Below are positions 51,553 to 64,000 of a DNA stretch of 64,000 nt, in pieces. The position numbers and the translations under genes are program-made. The stretch covers positions 91,512,001-91,576,000 of the forward strand of contig NC_043001.1 of NCBI RefSeq assembly GCF_006345805.1, given 5' to 3'. Each line of letters begins with the position of its first letter. Positions within the stretch are counted from its first letter, which is position 1. Origin of the DNA: Octopus sinensis (taxonomy: Eukaryota). Below the pieces are notes generated by a model. It made no database searches. It had not been told where the DNA came from and saw only the letters and a list, made by a program, of their open reading frames with translations.

Positions 51553-51917
51553 TGTATGTATGTATGTATGTATGTATGTATGTATGTATGTATGTATGTA
51601 TGTATGTGCGCTCACGCACATGCTTGTGTGTACAAATCTAAGCCATTCCACTCAGTGACTTTAAAGACACCATATTTGTTTAAAAAAACTAGTCGAAAAT
51701 ATTATGTGTAGCATAATATCAATTATTGACAAATATCCGCTTGTGATGATGGGATTGTTTTTAATCTATTTCGCTTCTGTTGAAAAAGTCCTTTTTTTCG
51801 ACCTTGTCACTCCTAAGATGTCATTGCACACAGTACACTTGCGACAGTATGGTTATTTTTAAAGTTCTTTTTTAAGTACAAATCTTTCGCAAAATATGTA
51901 CACACATGCATAAATGC

Positions 51918-51960
<43 letters not shown>

Positions 51961-52035
51961 CACACACACACACACATACACACACATACTCACATGTAAC
52001 ATGCACATATATGCATGAATATAGATATACATATA

Positions 52036-52673
52036 CTAGCAGTATCGCCCGGCGTTGCTCGGGTTTGTAAGGGAAATAACTATATAAGCATTTTTAGAGA
52101 GTTATAGCCAAAAAATAGCAAAAAATGCATTAAAAATGGAAAAAATATGATGGTAAATTTTTTTAGAAATCGTTGACTCATCGTAGACATTTTTAGAGAG
52201 TTACTTCCCTTATATAATAGCGAAAAAATGCATTAAAATGGAAAAAAAAACGATGGTAAATTTTTTTTTAAATCGTAGACTCATGTAGACGCTTTCTTAG
52301 CCATTTCTGTTTTGGTGTCTTCAAGCCATGAAGTCGTTGTTCTAAAAGAACGCTGGTCTCCTTGACAACGCATTACGACGTTGATTTCCTTACACTCCCT
52401 TCCCCACAGGTGCAGGTGTGAGCGTGGACGCCAACTCCGCCGCCATCGACACACGAAAAATTATGCATTAAAATGGAATAAAAAATGATGTTAAATTATT
52501 TTTAAAATAGTAGACTCATCGTAGACGCACGCTAATACTCAGACGGGCTCGGTATGAATCACGACTATAAGCTACCCGAATTTGGCTAAACTGCACCGCA
52601 AAATGTGGGAGTAGTTAGGAATCTAAATCGAAGGGGACAGACACTCACACAACTACAGTTTTATATATATAGA
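52036..52673 (-). mobile_element. Non-autonomous Helitron (638 bp), same family as 30723
   Basis: Minus strand A|TCTATATATATAAAA...hairpin...CTAG|T; internal tandem duplication of the tttttagagagtta module. Confidence 0.85.
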
Positions 52674-52689
52674 TATACATAGCGCAGTA

Positions 52690-53284
52690 GTGGTGAGATG
52701 TGACAGCAAAGAAAAGCATACATTCACTCTCTGCATGCAATTAGACTCGGAAAGTTCGTGAGGAACCCATTGACCCAATTTGCTGACTTTTCCGATAGCA
52801 CACAGGTCTCAATGAATGGTTGAATGACCAAATCCAAGCTTCTCTGCTAGTTCCTCAACAGTTACGATGAGATTTTGTTCCACTAGGGTTTTCAGGATGT
52901 CCTTGTCGAGTTCTACAGATCTTTCAGTATGAGGCTCGTCTTCTAGGCTGTAGTTTATGGCTCGGAATTTCTGGAACCACCATTGACACTGCCTTACGCT
53001 TATTGTCCAATCCCCATATACTGCATTAATATTTCTTGTACTTTCCGTTGCGTTGTTGTCTTTATTGAACTCATAAAGCAAAATATGCCAAATATGCTCC
53101 TTTGTTACTTCCAATATAGCTTTTAAAAAAATAGCTGTTAAAATCGAAATGCACTCTTCAAAACTTGCACTATGAATAAGGACAAGATAAAATTACTACC
53201 TGCTTTTATAGCAAGTTAATATAAGTAGTTTATCCCATTCCCCTCTGACTTTTAGTTCAAGCTGTTGAAAAAACCGCATTATTA
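52690..53284 (-). mobile_element. Mariner (Mos1/Hsmar-like, DD34D-type) 5' remnant
   Basis: ORF 52809-53114 encodes the HTH region (HILLYEFNKDNNATE..WFQKFR..SLEDEP); WVPHEL at 52752-52769; truncated next to the Helitron. Confidence 0.85.
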
Positions 53285-53544
53285 TATATATATACATACA
53301 TACATACATATACACACACACACTCTCTCTCTCACACACATGCACACATTTATATTCTGTTATTCTTTTATATGTTTCAGCCTTGAGGTTGTGGCCATGC
53401 TGGATCATGTGTGTGTGTGTGTCTATCTGTCTGTCTGTCTGTATGTATATATGTATATGTATGTGTGTGAACAATAATATTTTCAACAGATGTGTTGCAA
53501 ATGTATCTGATTGTTCTCAAGCTTCAATACTGTGTGTGTGTGTA

Positions 53545-53575
<31 letters not shown>

Positions 53576-54189
53576 ATGTATATGTATGTATGTATGTATG
53601 TGTGTATGTATATATGTGTGTGTGTATGTATGTATGTGTGTGTGTATGTGTATGTATGTATGTATGTATGTATGTATGTATGAGTGTATGTTTACTTTAT
53701 TACTAACACAAGCCACTACGGTTATTTAATGTAAAGTCTTCGTCAAATCACTATCTCTGGCTATTTACTCTCTTCCAAGAACATTTTCACTCACACTTAT
53801 GTGTTAGCTTCCCATACATTTTACTCATGTATCTATCAGCGTGATAGAGAGAAACAAATATTACATCTAGTTTCACTTTATTCGTTGCCCACTGTGTGTG
53901 TGCGTTTGCGTGTGTTGTAAACCAGACTAAGAAAAGCATTTGACACACACACCAGAATGTGAGTTTTCTGTAAATTTTGCTTAATTGGAGTTTAAATTTT
54001 AAAAACTGGACCTGGCATGACGCGATGCATTGTACTCTTAAAAATGGTAGGTAAATTGTAATTGAAGAAATCCTATATTGTAGATTTGTATAACTCCCAA
54101 AGGGAGGCAGATAAAATCTACCTTTTATAATAAGAGATATACACATATATATATACATGTATATGCATATATACACATATCTATAGAGG

Positions 54190-54241
<52 letters not shown>

Positions 54242-54265
54242 GATCTATCTATCTATCTATCTATC

Positions 54266-54350
<85 letters not shown>

Positions 54351-54351
54351 C

Positions 54352-54393
<42 letters not shown>

Positions 54394-54410
54394 GATCTAT
54401 CTGCCTATCT
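54190..54410. repeat. (TATC)n array
   Basis: Direct reading. Confidence 0.95.
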
Positions 54411-54704
54411 ATAATACACACACACACACACACACATACCGGTTTCGGTTATAGAATGTGTATGTAATTATCTTGTGAATATGAAGTCTCAACCAGGGAA
54501 TAAAGTACATCTAATTTTAGTTTGGCAAATTCCGTTTGTAATTCAAACAATTTTATTAGCTAATGAGCTAGGAAGCAATCATTATGAAACATTATTATCG
54601 TCGATTTAACGTCAACATTTCCATGTCTGCATGGGTCAGATGGAGATCGTTGAGGTAGATTTTGCCATTTTCTTGACTGCTTTCAAGTGAGACAGTATAC
54701 TGAT

Positions 54705-54905
54705 TTTAAATTTTGGCACAAGACCTGAAGTTTCAAGGAAAGTGGTAAGTCCATTACATAGACCCTAGTGCTCAACTGGTACTTATTTTTATTGACCCCG
54801 AAATGAAAAGGCAAGTGGACCTCGGCAGAGTTTGATCTCAAAACCTGAAGACGGACGAAATGCTGTTAAGCATTCTGCCCGCGTGCCAACGATTCTGTCT
54901 GCTCC
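54705..54905 (-). mobile_element. SINE family B, degenerate
   Basis: Family B core and head. Confidence 0.65.
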
Positions 54906-55274
54906 CAGCTATGAAAATAAGGAATTATATTGCTTTGGTTGTACATTGTTTTTGCAGAATACTGGAAATGAACGACATCGCTTTTATGACAATGATGCTC
55001 GATTACAACTGTTGCACGATATCAAGACAAAATAACACGCACACATACACACGCATATAGTATGCATGACGGGCTTCTTTCAGTTTCCTATCAGACCTGG
55101 CTCGACCCTAGGATTTCAAGTAGTGGGACTGAATCAGAAACCATATAGTAGGGAAGCGAACGTCTTAACCACACAGCCATACCTAAAGTAAATGGAAAAT
55201 TCGTTAACTGAAATGCTTCCTATTTTTCAGTTTTCCATTTGACTGGTGCAACAAATATGAGCCGTGTATTGAAT

Positions 55275-55666
55275 CCCTCTTTTACTTGTTTCAGTCATTT
55301 GACTGCGGCCATGCTGGAGCACCGCCTTTAGTCGAGCAAATCGACCCCAGGACTTATTCTTTGTAAGCCCAGTACTTATTCTATCGGTCTCTTTTGCCGA
55401 ACCGCTAAGTGACGGGGACGTAAACACACCAGCATCGGTTGTCAAGCGATGTTGGAGGGACAAACACAGACACACAAACACACGCACATATATATATATA
55501 AATATACATATATACGAAGGATTCTTTCAGTTTCCGTCTACCAAATCGACTCACAAGACTTTGGTCGGCCCGAGGCTATAGTAGAAGACATTTGCCCAAG
55601 GTGCCACGCAGTGGGACTGAACCCAGAACCATGTGGTTGGTAAGCAAGCTACTTACCACACGGCCA
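55275..55666 (-). mobile_element. SINE family A, full length, young
   Basis: Close to the other intact family A copies. Confidence 0.9.
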
Positions 55667-56217
55667 GTTTGGAATATTAACTTCCACGGTTAATCAGATT
55701 CTTTTATTCTTTTATCAAATTCTTTTATACTTTTATATTTTATTAAAAGACTCCGCTGTGATAGAAACGAATACAATAAGTATAAACATTTTTGAGAAAT
55801 GTGGGAAAAATGATCTTAAACTTCATAAAAATCTCGTCAATACATTGAGCATAGACATCGTAATTAGAATCAAAAACATTTGTACTTCCTTACCTCGGAG
55901 AAAGAGCTGGGTGAGAGAGGGGAAGGAAGAGAGAGAGTGAGCTAGAGAGACGGAGAGCCAATGAAAGAAAACACTTGTTAAATACACAGAAAGTCAGATA
56001 TCGTGAAGTGCAGTTGTCTGCTACGTAGACATGGATAATAGCTTTTCCTGTCGTCATCTCTCCCATAGCAGATCATAAAAACACTACAAACAACACTAAA
56101 CACAGCGCCATAGCACTTGGTATCATCGTGATAAACTGCTCATTGACCACACCTACAGTTCACCTACTGAACCGAGCGAAAGGATACTAAAAATTACTGT
56201 GTTCACACACACATACT

Positions 56218-56252
<35 letters not shown>

Positions 56253-57360
56253 TACACACACACACACGTACACACCCTCAGACACTTTCACACACATTTA
56301 TATACATACACCCCACACAGATGTATGTCTGTATGTTGTATGAAACGTCTGAAAATGTACAAAATATTCGCAGAGTCTTACGATTGTAAACAAGTGCAAG
56401 TTCTTTTATTACATCAATCTACAATCGTTTCATTTGAATTCGATCTCATGCATATCATTATATTATGCAATAATATATGCAACTATTGACTCATAAGGTG
56501 TCATTGTGAAGGCACATACTGAGTTCAACTCTTCAGAATTACGTATAAAAATAATTTGCTCTAGTTACTTGAATTATCAATAATTTATGCCTATATTGAA
56601 TGGAGCGTGTTTACAATATTACATTTGCATATTACAAGCTAAACGAAATAAAACAAACGACTGATTTTAATTAACCGGTCAAGAAGGAGGATGAACAGAA
56701 AAAATAAAGAAACAATAAAGTATAAAGCAAAATTATTATTACTATTTTTTGTTTTTGTTTTAGGCAATATGATAAATTATAAATCTTGTTAACAGTTTCT
56801 ATCTCGAACATCACTTTATTACAATGTTCTTCAAATATGTCTTCCTCTTGACGTATATTTTTGCCACCAGTTATTTCGATAAGAAATTGTAGATGTATGT
56901 TTGTAGTTTCATCATGCTGAAATCTCGTTGCACGCTAAATTATAGCAGTCAACCAGATCGTATGAGCACAGGGGTCAGACGTCAGTTACTACAGAATTCA
57001 GTGGTTACGCGCAGACATAGAGAGATAAAATGGACACATACACCAATATGTTATTGATGCTTTATACGGCACTTCTTACTAAGAAAATAAAGTAAATAAT
57101 TTTTTATAGTCATAGACTTAAATGATAATTATCGTGCTTTTGTACGATGAAAAATTTTAAAAGTTTTCGTTCTTAAATTCATCCTAATCGACTCAGTCAA
57201 ATTTTCAAATACATGCAGTATTTTGAATAAATAAATGTACATATACTGGTAACTCATTGAACGTCTTTATTAAATATACTAAAACTTAAAAGTTCGTATT
57301 GGTCCAGGTAAATTCCTTCTAATCCCATGCTATATTAACACATGGTATAATGATGTAGAC

Positions 57361-59494
57361 ACCACCTGCACGGCAAAGAAGGCTGCTTTCAACAACATTC
57401 GCAGCACCGTCCAGGCAAAACTCCGCCTCATGCAAGACGCATGTTTAAGCGCCAAGGCGGATGAGATTCAGGGATTCGCAGACAAACACGACACCAAGAA
57501 ATTCTACGAGGCGCTGAAAGCTGTCTATGGACCGCAGTCCTCCTTTGGATCAACCCCCCCTGCTCAGCTCGGATGGAACCTCACTCCTGACTAACAAGAG
57601 GCTGATCCTGGAGAGATGGGCGGAGCATTTCAACATCGTGCTCAACCGACCAGCCCAGATCAACGAGGAAGCCATCGCACGAGTCCCCCAGGTGCCGACA
57701 AACCACTAGCTGGCTGTTCCCCCTGCAGTCGAGGAAGTGAGCAGAGCCATCAAAAAAATGTCCACCGGCAAAGCTCCAGGCTCTGACGCCATCCCTGCAT
57801 GATCAGTCAGCTCACCAGCCTGTTCCAATCGATGTGGGACAGGGAACAACTCCCTCAAGATTTCCGGGACGCAACAATCGTCCACATTTATAAGCGGAAA
57901 GGAGATCGGCAGTCCTGCGACAACCACCGAGGAATCTCCCTCTTGTCCATAGCAGGCAAGATCCTGGCCCGAGTCCTGGTTGACCGCCTTCTGGAACACT
58001 TGGAGCAAGGCTTTCTCCCTGAGAGCCAGTGTGGCTTCCGCGCGGGTCGAGGGACCACTGACATGATATTCGCCGCCCGCCAGCTCCAGGAGAAATGCAT
58101 GGAGCAGCACCTTGACCTCTGCATGACCTTTGTTGACCTCACCAGGGCTTTCGATACAGTCAGTCGGGAGGGACTCTGGAAGGTCATGGGAAAATTTGGT
58201 TGCCCCAGCAAATTTATTGCAATTGTCCGCTAGTTCCACAACGGAATGACAGCCAGAGTCCTTGAAGACGGCAACTCATCTGAAGTCTTCCAGGTGACCA
58301 ATGGAGTCAGGCAGGGCTGTGTCCTGGCCCCAACACTGTTCAGCATCATGTTCTCGGCAATGCTGTCCGACGCCTTCAGGGACTGCAAGTCCGGTATCGA
58401 CATCAAGTACAGGACGGATGGGAAATTTTTCAACTCCAGAAGATTGCAGGCCGTCACAAAGGTAAGGGAGATAGTCGTCAGAGACTTTCTCTTTGCTGAC
58501 GACTGCGCCCTTAATGCAATCGATGAGCAGGAGATGCAGCTCGGGATGGACAGGTTCTCATCAGCCTGTGACAACTTCGATCTCACCATCAGTGTCAAGA
58601 AAACCGAAGTGATGTTTCAGCCAGCCCCCGGCAAACAATACCATGAGCCTCAGATAAAGGTGAACGGACGGATCCTACGAGTGGTGGAAAACTTCACCTA
58701 CCTGGGAAGCACTCTCTCCTGCAATCCCAACATAGATGCTGAAATCCTCAACAGAATCTCCAAGGCAAGCAGCGCATTTGGGAGACTGCGAAAGAAAGTC
58801 TGGGAGCGGAGAGGAATCAGCCTCAACACCAAGCTGAAAATCTACCGGGCAGTCGTGCTTACCACCCTACTATACGGCTGCGAGACGTGGACTGCTTACC
58901 GAAGGCACGAGCGCCAGATAAACCACTTCCACCTCAGGTGTCTTCGGAACCTCCTTCACATCCGCTGGCAGGACAAAGTCCCAGACACAGAAGTTCTGAA
59001 GCAGGCAGATCTCCCTAGCACCATCACGATCATGCGCAAAGCCCAGCTGAGATGGGTAGGCCACGTCTCCCGCATGTCCGACACTCGCATCCCAAAACAG
59101 CTCTTCTACGGTGAACTCAGCCAGGGCAAACGCAAAGTCGGAGGGCAGAAGAAGCGGTTCAAGGACAGTCTCAAAGTCTCTCTCAAAGACTTCTCCATCG
59201 GCACAGAGACTTGGGAGACACTTGCTGCCGACCGCTCATCCTGGCGCAGCGCAATCACCACAGGAGCAAAGACAGCCGAGGAGAGACGGATTCAGTCAGC
59301 AGAACAGAAACGCTAGATGCGGAAAGCCAGAGCCACCTGCACAAATAGCACAGCCCCCACCCACTTCTGCCCCCACCTGTGGGAGGAGCTTTCTTGCCCG
59401 GATTGGCCTCACCAGCCACCTCCGGTCTCATGGCAGCAATTCCACCAAATAATGTCAATGGTCATCTTCGAACCCGAAGGACGAACATTATTAT
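57361..59494 (+). mobile_element. RTE (BovB-like) LINE, 5'-truncated, young, 15-bp TSD
   Basis: RT motifs KAPGSDAI, NHRGISLLSIAGK, QCGFRAGRGT, FVDLTRAFD, GVRQGCVLAPTLF, FADD, YLGS; C-terminal CPTCGRSFLARIGLTSHLRSH (frameshifted); (ATT) tail; TSD tataatgatgtagac at 57346-57360 and 59495-59509. Confidence 0.95.
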
Positions 59495-60141
59495 TATAAT
59501 GATGTAGACGTCCGTCTAAAAATCTTTCCAAATATGGATCTCGAATGACCATCGGATATTAGTTATTAATTCTTTAAGAATTTATTTCTGCATTTGTTAC
59601 AAGTTTTTTCTAAACTTGTGGTGACACCTTATAGCAAACCCAGGATGTTCATTGAACAGTTCTTCTTTAGCCATTAAAATACCTAATATCTTCTAAGTAA
59701 AGATTACATCATATGAGTATGTTATAAAATGTTATATTGAATCTTCTTTTCCGTCATATGCCAGATGATGTTAACCAAAGAGTATTATGTCTCTTGCTGA
59801 TATCTCGAAACGACGCAGTGTAGTTACGCCATTGATGTCTGAAAAAAAAAACCGCCTCTGCACCTGCATAATCCGGATGATAGGCAAGCAGTATGAACCC
59901 AAGAGCTGTAGCAGTTAGAAGGAGGTCCTTGTGTTGAGGAGTTTAACGAATGAAGGAGAAGTTGAGTAAAGGCTATGGTGTGAAGATTCAAAGCTGTGAC
60001 GATGAGGTAATAAGCGTGAGGGCGGGATAGAGAGACGGGGAGATGGACGGAGGTCAGCTGAGCTAATTTAATAGCTATGATATATTCATGGTAAAGGGTC
60101 TTTTGAACTACTCTGTACACACACACACACACACACACACA

Positions 60142-60169
<28 letters not shown>

Positions 60170-60172
<3 letters not shown>

Positions 60173-60459
60173 ATTTATATCTCGCGTATTTGCCGCTGAA
60201 GAGGGGAAAATTTCTTAGGAATTAACCCCGAAATTGGACCAATACGGTAATAACGAATTTTTTAGAGATTTCTATCGGTTTGTTTCGAGACGCATAAACT
60301 ATAATGGTTATCGACAAAATTTTTTGTTTCGGCATATTTGGCATTAGAATTTTTCTTCTGCCCTTATCTTGTAAATTATGTATAAATTTTACCTTTAAAG
60401 GCATTTTTGGATATGCTGGCCATTGACAACATTTTTTCCCGAAAAATTTTTATCCTATA

Positions 60460-60470
<11 letters not shown>
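60170..60470 (+). mobile_element. Penelope pLTR/retrozyme-like unit between (CA)n and (TA)n
   Basis: ~300-bp non-coding unit starting with a canonical hammerhead; the family assignment is inference. Confidence 0.5.
60190..60250 (+). ncRNA. Canonical type I hammerhead ribozyme
   Basis: Stem I TTGCCG(60190-95)/CGGTAA(60245-50); CTGAAGA(60196-202); stem II GGGG/CCCC; GAAA(60230-33); palindromic stem III ATTGG-A-CCAAT; AUA triplet, predicted cut after 60244. Confidence 0.85.
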
Positions 60471-60500
<30 letters not shown>

Positions 60501-60844
60501 CATATATGTATATACATATATTTATACACAGACATATATATATAACTGATATACACACACACATGCACACGCTCACACATACACACTCACACGCACACCC
60601 TCAAACACGCCAGAGTCACTTGCCCCTATTCACACACGCACATTCACACAAAGCATTCTCACATACACACAAGCGCGCACCTTCTCTTGTTGGGATACTA
60701 GCACTTTATTATCTCTCTTTCATTCAACCTCTTTTTTTTATTATCTTCCTTTCTTTCAACCTCTTTTTCCCCAATAACTCGTTGTGTTGAACCGCTGAAA
60801 TCTACAAGATTTTTTTCACTCTTTGTGTGTTATTTTCTCTGTTC

Positions 60845-60880
60845 CATTCTGTTGAAGAGCGTAGGCTCGAAACGTAAAAT
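60845..60880 (+). ncRNA. Variant hammerhead (CUGUUGA core)
   Basis: ATT CTGTTGA A GAGC gtag GCTC GAAAC GTA AAAT. Confidence 0.5.
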
Positions 60881-61624
60881 ATCTTCAGGTGCAATACCGA
60901 ATGTGTCTTGTGAGTGAGAAATAGGATTTTCTGACCTTCATACGTTTCACAGCATAAATTAAAAGAAACAATATTTCATCAGATAGCGATTTCTTATACT
61001 TGTACAAAGTTCTAGATTAAAGTGAATGCAAGGTGTCTGGGTGACATTCATACCTTTTCAAAAATAACCCGATAAGCAATGTAAATAAAATTCTTTTTAA
61101 TTATGAAAGACGGAACGAAAATAGAAATGGTCGTAACCTCTGTAGGTCCGAATTCACTGGTCATATCGATGCATTTGGGATTCTGTTAGAACCTTTGTAG
61201 TGAGGGGCTCAGTAAGGCACACGTGGGTAATGAGGGAATTTTAGAGGTGGAAGGACTGGATGATGCGTTTAGCATGAGATATATCGAGGATGTGAGACAT
61301 AGTAATTGTTACAGAGAAGGGGGAGATAGGTTCAAAGAAAGGGCCAGGTGGTATACATCAAGATAGTTCAGAGGAGTGTTGTAGTGACGGTAGAAGAAGA
61401 GGGATACATACATACACACATACATACATACAGGCAGACGAATTAATAGATAGATAGGCAGATACATAACTATATAGATATATACACATACATATATACA
61501 TACATAAATATACGCACACACACACACATGTACACACACACATATATATATATACATTCATGTAAATAGATGTACAGACAAGATAGATAGATATATAGAT
61601 AAATAGACAGACAGACAGACAGAG

Positions 61625-61718
<94 letters not shown>

Positions 61719-62372
61719 TTGCGATAGAAACGGAAAGAGAAAGTGAGGGCAACAGAGCGTCTTTGAACCAAGTAGTTGAAGCGTGTTGGTGATTGAATCT
61801 TTGCCAGACATATAACTTTCGTCTGTAGTCAGTTTTATATGTGCTTCTGCTTGAGTGTGTGTGTGTGTATGTGCTTGTTGGAATTTGTCTATGTATGTCT
61901 ATAATGATTGTAGTTGTAGCACTGTCCCATATAAGTGAACAGTATTTCAGTATAGGTCTTACATCATGACAAAAATATTGATTAGCCGTAGTCTCTGTGA
62001 AGCAGTTCAGTTCATGTTAATAAATACGTGGGTTCCGCACCGAGAGATCATCAGAGATTATAAAGGTTCACGAAGGAGTTCTCGTACCAGTGGTTTCAAA
62101 TATTTCCATGACTTCGTCACTGTGTTCCCTATTCTTAAGATATGCAACACCCTTGTTTTACTTCGGCAGTGTAAGTATAATCAGCAGAGGAAAACCTGTC
62201 CTACAGCACCCTTCTCGTTAGAAAACCATGTTCTATACAGTTTGCTCGACTTTTAAAGAATTGTTGCCAGAATCTCACCTACCAACTTAAAAAGAAAGGA
62301 CCCCTTGGATAATGTTACATTCTAACGGTGACCATCTCGCTTTCCATGCTCCTTTTTCTCTCGTTATATATG

Positions 62373-62625
62373 TAGGCGCAGGCGTGGCTGTGTGGTAAGA
62401 ACCACATGATTCTGGGTTCAGTCCCACTGCATGGCACCATGGTCAAGTGTCTTCTACTATAGCCTCGGGCCGACCAAAGTCTTGTAAGTGGATTTGGTAG
62501 ACGGAAATTGAAAAGAAGCCCTGTAACTTAGCGGTTTTGCAAAAACAACAACCGATAGGATAAGTACCAGGCTTACTAAGAATAAGTCCTAGGGTCGATT
62601 TCTTCGACTAAAAGGCGGTGCTCCA
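62373..62625 (+). mobile_element. SINE family A with internal deletion
   Basis: Head and core fused to the 3' part; microsatellite region missing. Confidence 0.8.
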
Positions 62626-62829
62626 ACCCGGTTTCCGATTATCCCCACGTGGTGAGTTGTAATGTATATAAGAAATAAAAAAAGGAAAATACGCACACGA
62701 AGTCATTCACTCGTGAATTTCATCACACACAACATGGACAAAATTTATTCTTAAGAAAAAATACATATTCAAATAAGTAAAACATGAATAGCGCTAGCGA
62801 AACCGGTCGATATATTAAAACTATGTAAG

Positions 62830-62908
62830 TGTGCGTATTTACGCTCTTCCACAGAAAGGAACACAGAAAGAAACAAGGAGAGAAAATAAAGAATGTGTAG
62901 TGGCTAGC

Positions 62909-62915
<7 letters not shown>
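62830..62915 (-). mobile_element. Fragment of the 28040-28250 family with half of the variant hammerhead (CUGUGGA)
   Basis: Minus strand ctttCTGTGGAagagcgtaa; upstream sequence matches 28165-28235. Confidence 0.55.
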
Positions 62916-62984
<69 letters not shown>

Positions 62985-63052
62985 AAACACCCACCGCAAT
63001 ACACACATACATACATACATACATACATACATACATACACACCACACACACA

Positions 63053-63103
<51 letters not shown>

Positions 63104-63779
63104 CTTATATACATACATATTACTACATGCATATACACATGTATTAATAAAAAGCAGGAGGCTCACTACCGGAATACTTTTGATCATACATCCGTTCGAT
63201 CAAAGTTGATCGCAACAACAACAACAACAACAATAAAAACAACATGCATCTGCTCGACCAGGTTTAGCCACACCAATAACAATAACTTCAAAGATTGTTT
63301 TGTCTGGCATTCAGACCGACTGCACGAAGTGCGGTGAAGCAGCTTTAGCTAACCGAAACCTTGGTCGTCTTTGTAAAATATAGAGAAATGCTTACATGAA
63401 TGAATGAATAATTGAATAATGTATGAGAATATAACGATATAGTGAAAGAAAAAAGAAAAATATTAGGAAAGAAACAAAGATTAAAGTTGAGAGCAAACGA
63501 AAGAGGACGCCTTAGAAATATGAATTAATACACAAAAGATAATCATGAAAATATAGTAAAAAAATCTACTGTAATATAATTCGTTGAATCTGTCCCGCGA
63601 AAGTGTAACAGGAGGAATGGAGGCAGAAAAAATAAAAGTAGCTGCAGAGAAGATGAGGAAGGTCAAAGACATAAGTGTGCAAGTTGAGCCTGAAGAAGAT
63701 CAGCGGGTGTAGGTATGAGAGAAGAAGGGATAAGGAAAATAAACTTGATGGTAAGTTAAAAAGACGCAAACGAGGTAGG

Positions 63780-64000
63780 ACAGATGAAACGAAATAAATT
63801 AAAAGAGAAACGGCGCAGGAGTGGCTGTGTGGTAAGTAGCTTGCTCACCAACCACATGGTTCCGGGTTCAGTCCCACTGTGTGGTACTTTCGGCAAGTGT
63901 CTTCTATGTAGCCTCGGGCCGACCATAACCTTCTGAGTGGATTTGGTACGCGGAAACTGAAAGAAGTCCGTTGTATATACACACACACACACAACACACA
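63780..64000 (+). mobile_element. SINE family A, runs off the window end
   Basis: Head and core, then (CA)n. Confidence 0.9.

Noticed and set aside
57706-59458. Long minus-strand and alternate-frame ORFs over the BovB-like element
   Set aside because: Expected by-products of a GC-rich coding sequence; no independent motifs.
61950-62320. Possible very old RTE remnant on the minus strand
   Set aside because: Only faint similarity (VGEILATIL); too weak to call without a profile search.
63585-63715. Exon-like open frame NLSRESVTGGMEAEKIKVAAEKMRKVKDISVQVEPEEDQRV
   Set aside because: Short, purine-rich, no recognisable domain, ambiguous splice sites; could be a decayed LINE end. RNA-seq would be needed.

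Overview
Repeat-saturated, AT-rich eukaryotic DNA. The SINE families and microsatellite load match my recollection of Octopus genomes; this is an inference, not a database result. I find no supportable host protein-coding exon, rRNA, true tRNA gene or CRISPR array, so the window reads as intergenic DNA or a large intron. Most listed ORFs are translations of (TA)n, (CA)n, (TATG)n or (TATC)n repeats, or antisense frames of retroelements. Contents: over 40 tRNA-derived SINE copies or fragments from at least five families (my labels A, B, D, E and a hammerhead-bearing family); three decayed Tc1/mariner transposase copies and two mariner MITEs; five non-autonomous Helitrons; LINE remnants of the RTE (one young BovB-like copy with a 15-bp TSD), R4/Dong-like RLE, CR1-like and Jockey-like types; a Penelope-like GIY-YIG remnant; and four fold-back structures. 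The main signal beyond standard annotation is a set of self-cleaving ribozyme folds in small non-coding repeats. These are one fully canonical type I hammerhead (60190-60250), near-canonical minimal hammerheads (81-121, 15875-15920, 50788-50822), a family with a recurrent A6-to-U core variant (28141, 60845, 62836), a tRNA-headed SINE ending in a hammerhead, and an internally deleted RTE headed by a degenerate HDV-like fold (300-784). All folds were paired by eye; none was computed or tested. Most SINE and remnant boundaries are approximate (about 10-20 bp).
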